The translations under genes and the position numbers were made by a program. Of a stretch of 64,000 bases of DNA, positions 60,538-64,000 are shown piece after piece (positions within the stretch are counted from its first letter, which is position 1; every line of letters starts with the position of its first letter). The notes beneath the pieces were generated by a model. That model worked only from the letters and a program-made list of their open reading frames with translations. It was not told where the DNA came from and did not search any database. Source of the DNA: an uncultured Nitrososphaeraceae archaeon (GTDB lineage: Archaea; Thermoproteota; Nitrososphaeria; Nitrososphaerales; Nitrososphaeraceae); NCBI GenBank assembly GCA_963837175.1, contig CAWIMJ010000022.1, positions 18,826 to 82,825 of the forward strand, given 5' to 3'.

Positions 60538-61146
60538 TTGATTCCATTTAAAAGAAAAAAGAAAGAAAATAGAACAATAAGATCACCAGCTTCATCCTCA
60601 TTGAGAACAGCATTATTCTTGCGACCTTCCATTATTTTACTTGCAATTAGAATGGTCTTCTTTCCGAACTGGCCATACATTGCTTTGGCAGCGGTAGTAT
60701 CATCAATATTCTGGATTATATTTAATGTCTTTGACCAATTGCTCTTTTTCTCACCAGTCTTTGTATTTTACCTACCTGATGATGCAGTATTAGGATTTAT
60801 TGTTTCAACTATAACTGCAGTTCTTTTGGGTATAGTTGTAAGTATGAATGTGTATGTATTAAAACATTCAAGAGGTTCGAAGATAAATATTGGTTCATTT
60901 TTTTCAGGGTCAACTTTAAGTGTGATTTCAAGTACGTGTGCTAGCTGTTCCTCACTTGGTTTTCTTCTTGTTTCTACATTTGGTGGAGTGGGGATAACAG
61001 CATCAACCTTTCTCTCCAATTATCAGATACCTCTACGTATTATCTCTATAGCTCTTTTAATGTGGGCATTATATTCAATAAGTAACAAATTGACTAAAAG
61101 TTGTGTATTAAATTATGATGTAGATAATGGAGCAAGTAAAATCTAA
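60538..61146 (+). CDS. Membrane protein with CxxC motif, downstream of DsbA
   Basis: Four to five TMs with SSTCASCSSLG. Confidence 0.8.
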   Translation: MIPFKRKKKENRTIRSPASSSLRTALFLRPSIILLAIRMVFFPNWPYIALAAVVSSIFWIIFNVFDQLLFFSPVFVFYLPDDAVLGFIVSTITAVLLGIVVSMNVYVLKHSRGSKINIGSFFSGSTLSVISSTCASCSSLGFLLVSTFGGVGITASTFLSNYQIPLRIISIALLMWALYSISNKLTKSCVLNYDVDNGASKI

Positions 61147-61420
61147 ATCTTATATGCATGTATAGACGATATAGAATAGCTGGCGACGCTCATCTGACGA
61201 TTATACGATAGGCAAGTGACCAAGATGACGACAAAGTATGATAACTATGATAATATTATTTGAAAACCAACCATTTGATAATTCATTGAGCTTAGCGTAG
61301 ATGACTATGTCATCATCTACCAGAACTGATGACCTTCTTTCTCTAATCAATGAAGTTTTGGACAAGTTGCAATTTCTTTGAAATTATTTATTTGCAGTTG
61401 AATCATAGGCATAGTTATTA

Positions 61421-62233
61421 TTAATTAACTGGTTGGTAGTTACGTTGAATATAGTATTGATTCTCAACGAAAATCCTTCGCTGCTCTCCTAGTTTATTCT
61501 GGAATAACCTCGTAACATGCTGAAATATCCTATATGAAACAGCCATTGCTTCAACCTTTTCCTTATCTGAAACCGCATTGGTTTCTATTATAATATAATC
61601 TGATACTATTTTCAAGCTTACTTGAAAAGAATCGTCTTCGTTGACCCATTGTAATGCATAACCTGTTCCACCTTCGATTAAACTAACCCAGCGAAAGTTA
61701 TTAAACCATCTTCCGATTAAACTATCTGCTATCTCGTTAGCTTTTACATTGATAGGAATGTATGTTAAAATCAATTGTGAATAAATATTTCCTTTTCCCT
61801 CTAGATCTCGAGGACCATTTTTTAATAACACTGATTCGCCTTTTTGAGTTAATTTGTATCCTGAATGAACGGTCGACTTTTCAATCATACCTAAATCTTG
61901 TAGCCGATTCAAAGCTCTTGAAAGACTTTGCTGATGAATATGTAATTTCCTCATCAAACCCTTAAATGAATAATAGTTCGATCCATCCTCTTGATTTAAC
62001 AATGAAAGAATTTTGTTATCATTTGTACGAAAATCGGTAACAGATAAGGAATAATCATCCTCATCTTTATCATCTCTCTGAATTAGAATTTGGGAGGTCT
62101 TACTACTATCAGGAATAGATGAGACTATTTCTTTTTGATTTTCAATCACATTCTTATCAAGATCATCTTTTTCTGAAGCAATATCTTCGCTTTGGGAAAT
62201 TCCTGCTTCTAGAGATATATTTTCTTTATTCAA
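61421..62233 (-). CDS. MarR-like winged-helix protein
   Basis: SFKGLMRKLHIHQQSLSRALNRL..LG.IEK..GYKLT..G. Confidence 0.8.
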   Translation of the reverse strand: MNKENISLEAGISQSEDIASEKDDLDKNVIENQKEIVSSIPDSSKTSQILIQRDDKDEDDYSLSVTDFRTNDNKILSLLNQEDGSNYYSFKGLMRKLHIHQQSLSRALNRLQDLGMIEKSTVHSGYKLTQKGESVLLKNGPRDLEGKGNIYSQLILTYIPINVKANEIADSLIGRWFNNFRWVSLIEGGTGYALQWVNEDDSFQVSLKIVSDYIIIETNAVSDKEKVEAMAVSYRIFQHVTRLFQNKLGEQRRIFVENQYYIQRNYQPVN

Positions 62234-62460
62234 TAGTCATAAATAATTACTCTCTGCATAATATAAATTGTAAAGTAACCATTTGGCAACTTGGTAAGTC
62301 AAAAACAACTAAATTCTTAAAACCGAATGCTATATTGATGCTGCAGCAGCAGTGGTCTTATAGTTCATTGTTTTTTCACACAAACAAAGTCAACTAGTTA
62401 TTCTAAATGAATTCGACATTATTGTTACCTATGCTATTTGGGCTTCATACTATTCTATTA

Positions 62461-62835
62461 TTAATCATTTTTCTTTACTAATCTGGCTGCTATCTCAATA
62501 TCATATACACTATTATATTGAATGTCTTCCCTAAGGTTATTTTGAACAGCTTCCATAACATCATTAATTCTGTTTCCCATACTTGGAGATTTCCGATTTA
62601 TATGATCCTTGATCTCTTCTTTTGTGGTTGGAAATATTAAACCTTCAAGTAGATTCGCCATTTTTGATGCTATATTTCTGTTGACAGTTTCATTAGTTGG
62701 CGGCTCCCCTCTAATATCGCCAACTCGTTCGGCTGGTGCATCTATCCCTGACTGGGTGTTATCAGTATAGTTACGATCATCTGATACATAAGACATTGGT
62801 TTTATCTTCTTCCTCTCTCTATAACAAGTGGTCAT
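62461..62835 (-). CDS. DUF2795-like small protein
   Basis: LEGLIFPTTKEEI...L....Y.SV.DI. Confidence 0.65.
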   Translation of the reverse strand: MTTCYRERKKIKPMSYVSDDRNYTDNTQSGIDAPAERVGDIRGEPPTNETVNRNIASKMANLLEGLIFPTTKEEIKDHINRKSPSMGNRINDVMEAVQNNLREDIQYNSVYDIEIAARLVKKND

Positions 62836-63352
62836 GATGTCTCATAAATATTTTAGTTAATCATTCTATTCGACGACCATCAGATTGAACTGTCAGGCAA
62901 ATAGATGATATCACAAAATTTATAATGATATTAACGAAAATAAAACGCATCACGAATTAAAAATAATATATTGCTTTCTAAAGCGTAGGAAGATGAGTAT
63001 TTCTTATGGACTGCTTTGAAATATCCTTAGTTTATTGATGATTATAGTAATTGTAACATCTGATTAGAAATTATAATAGAATATTTATTTGTCTTTTTAG
63101 TCGATAATTTTACTATCCGTATTTTATCACTTCTCACATTTTGTTGTGTTTTTCTCTCAGTCTTACCACTCCTCTAATCAATAAATCGATCGTAAGAATT
63201 TTTTAATACTTATAGTTAAATATCTATATGTGATAAGATAGACCATATATCTTTGGCTTCTTTTATTTAATTTTTCATAATAATCATATAAATATCCCAT
63301 AAGTGAGATGATGTCAAGATTAATTAAGACTGTAAATATGGAGTAAAAAGAT

Positions 63353-64000
63353 ATGATTGAGAATGTTGCTAATGATGATGAGGGTGATGGTGATGGTGGG
63401 GATAGTAGTAGTAATAGTTACCAACGTCAGACCGTATTAAATTTGTATAATTCTGGTATCTCGGCTGACATAATATCTTTACAGCTCGATATGAGTAAAG
63501 AGGAAGTAGACAAAATTATTGAGGCCGCAAATATAGAAGAAGAGAGAAAGAAGGTGTTTATCAGACAGGCGTCAGATACTCCGTCATTAGGTTCGTTTTA
63601 TCTAGATGCAGTAGTTGACCTAGATGCGGCAATTAAGATGGCACAATCAAGAGTCTGGAAGGCATTAAAAGTAGCACCAGAATTTAATATCTCATTTAAA
63701 GAAACACATAATGTATTAGAAAAGTTTGCTAAATCTAAAGTAACGCTGGTAATTTTGCATATTGATCTTGTAGGTTCAACCAGACTCTCAATGACTCTTC
63801 CTGTTGACAGACTTGCAACAATAATTCAAGCATTTACTCAAGAAATGTCTCTTATGATTTCAGCATATGGTGGATATGTATTAAAGTATGTCGGAGATGC
63901 ACTTCTAGCATTTTTGTTGTGGATAATAACTATGATTTGTATCTACCGTGCATTAATGCAGTATATTGTGCAAGATCTATGATTAAAGTAATTCGGCAGG
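63353..64000 (+). CDS. Class III adenylate/guanylate cyclase with N-terminal HTH-like region; frameshift at the T-run near 63911; runs off the window
   Basis: HIDLVGST and GYVLKYVGDA; the shifted frame continues VVDN..LPCINAVYCARSMIKVIRQ. Confidence 0.88.

Overview
AT-rich archaeal DNA, very probably from a soil ammonia-oxidising archaeon (Nitrososphaerales). The assignment rests on the 16S/23S operon (TACK-type GTGTCAGCCGCCGCGGTAA, no spacer tRNA, no linked 5S), a TFEbeta/Rpc34-like gene and a PEF(G)-CTERM surface protein. The first 21 kb is mostly housekeeping and signalling genes plus the rRNA operon. About 22-25 kb holds an IS5 element and a decayed provirus remnant: a frameshifted terminase large subunit and a repeat-protein relic. 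The main object is a roughly 25.8-51 kb island of exported and membrane metal-binding proteins. It includes CopC, CopD, a CopC-CopD-YtkA-beta-propeller fusion and several non-CopC secreted proteins whose mature chain starts with His. It also carries three double-wHTH regulators, two paired with a small membrane protein. Five promoters in the island share an 18-bp motif (TTCGAnAnWTGTACYAYA) 3-4 nt upstream of the TATA box, which suggests an undescribed copper-acquisition regulon. The last 12 kb has tandem DNA methyltransferases, an IS6 relic, a cupredoxin/DsbA module and an adenylate cyclase. Domain calls come from visual motif recognition only; no searches were run. Several single-base frameshifts could be sequencing errors.
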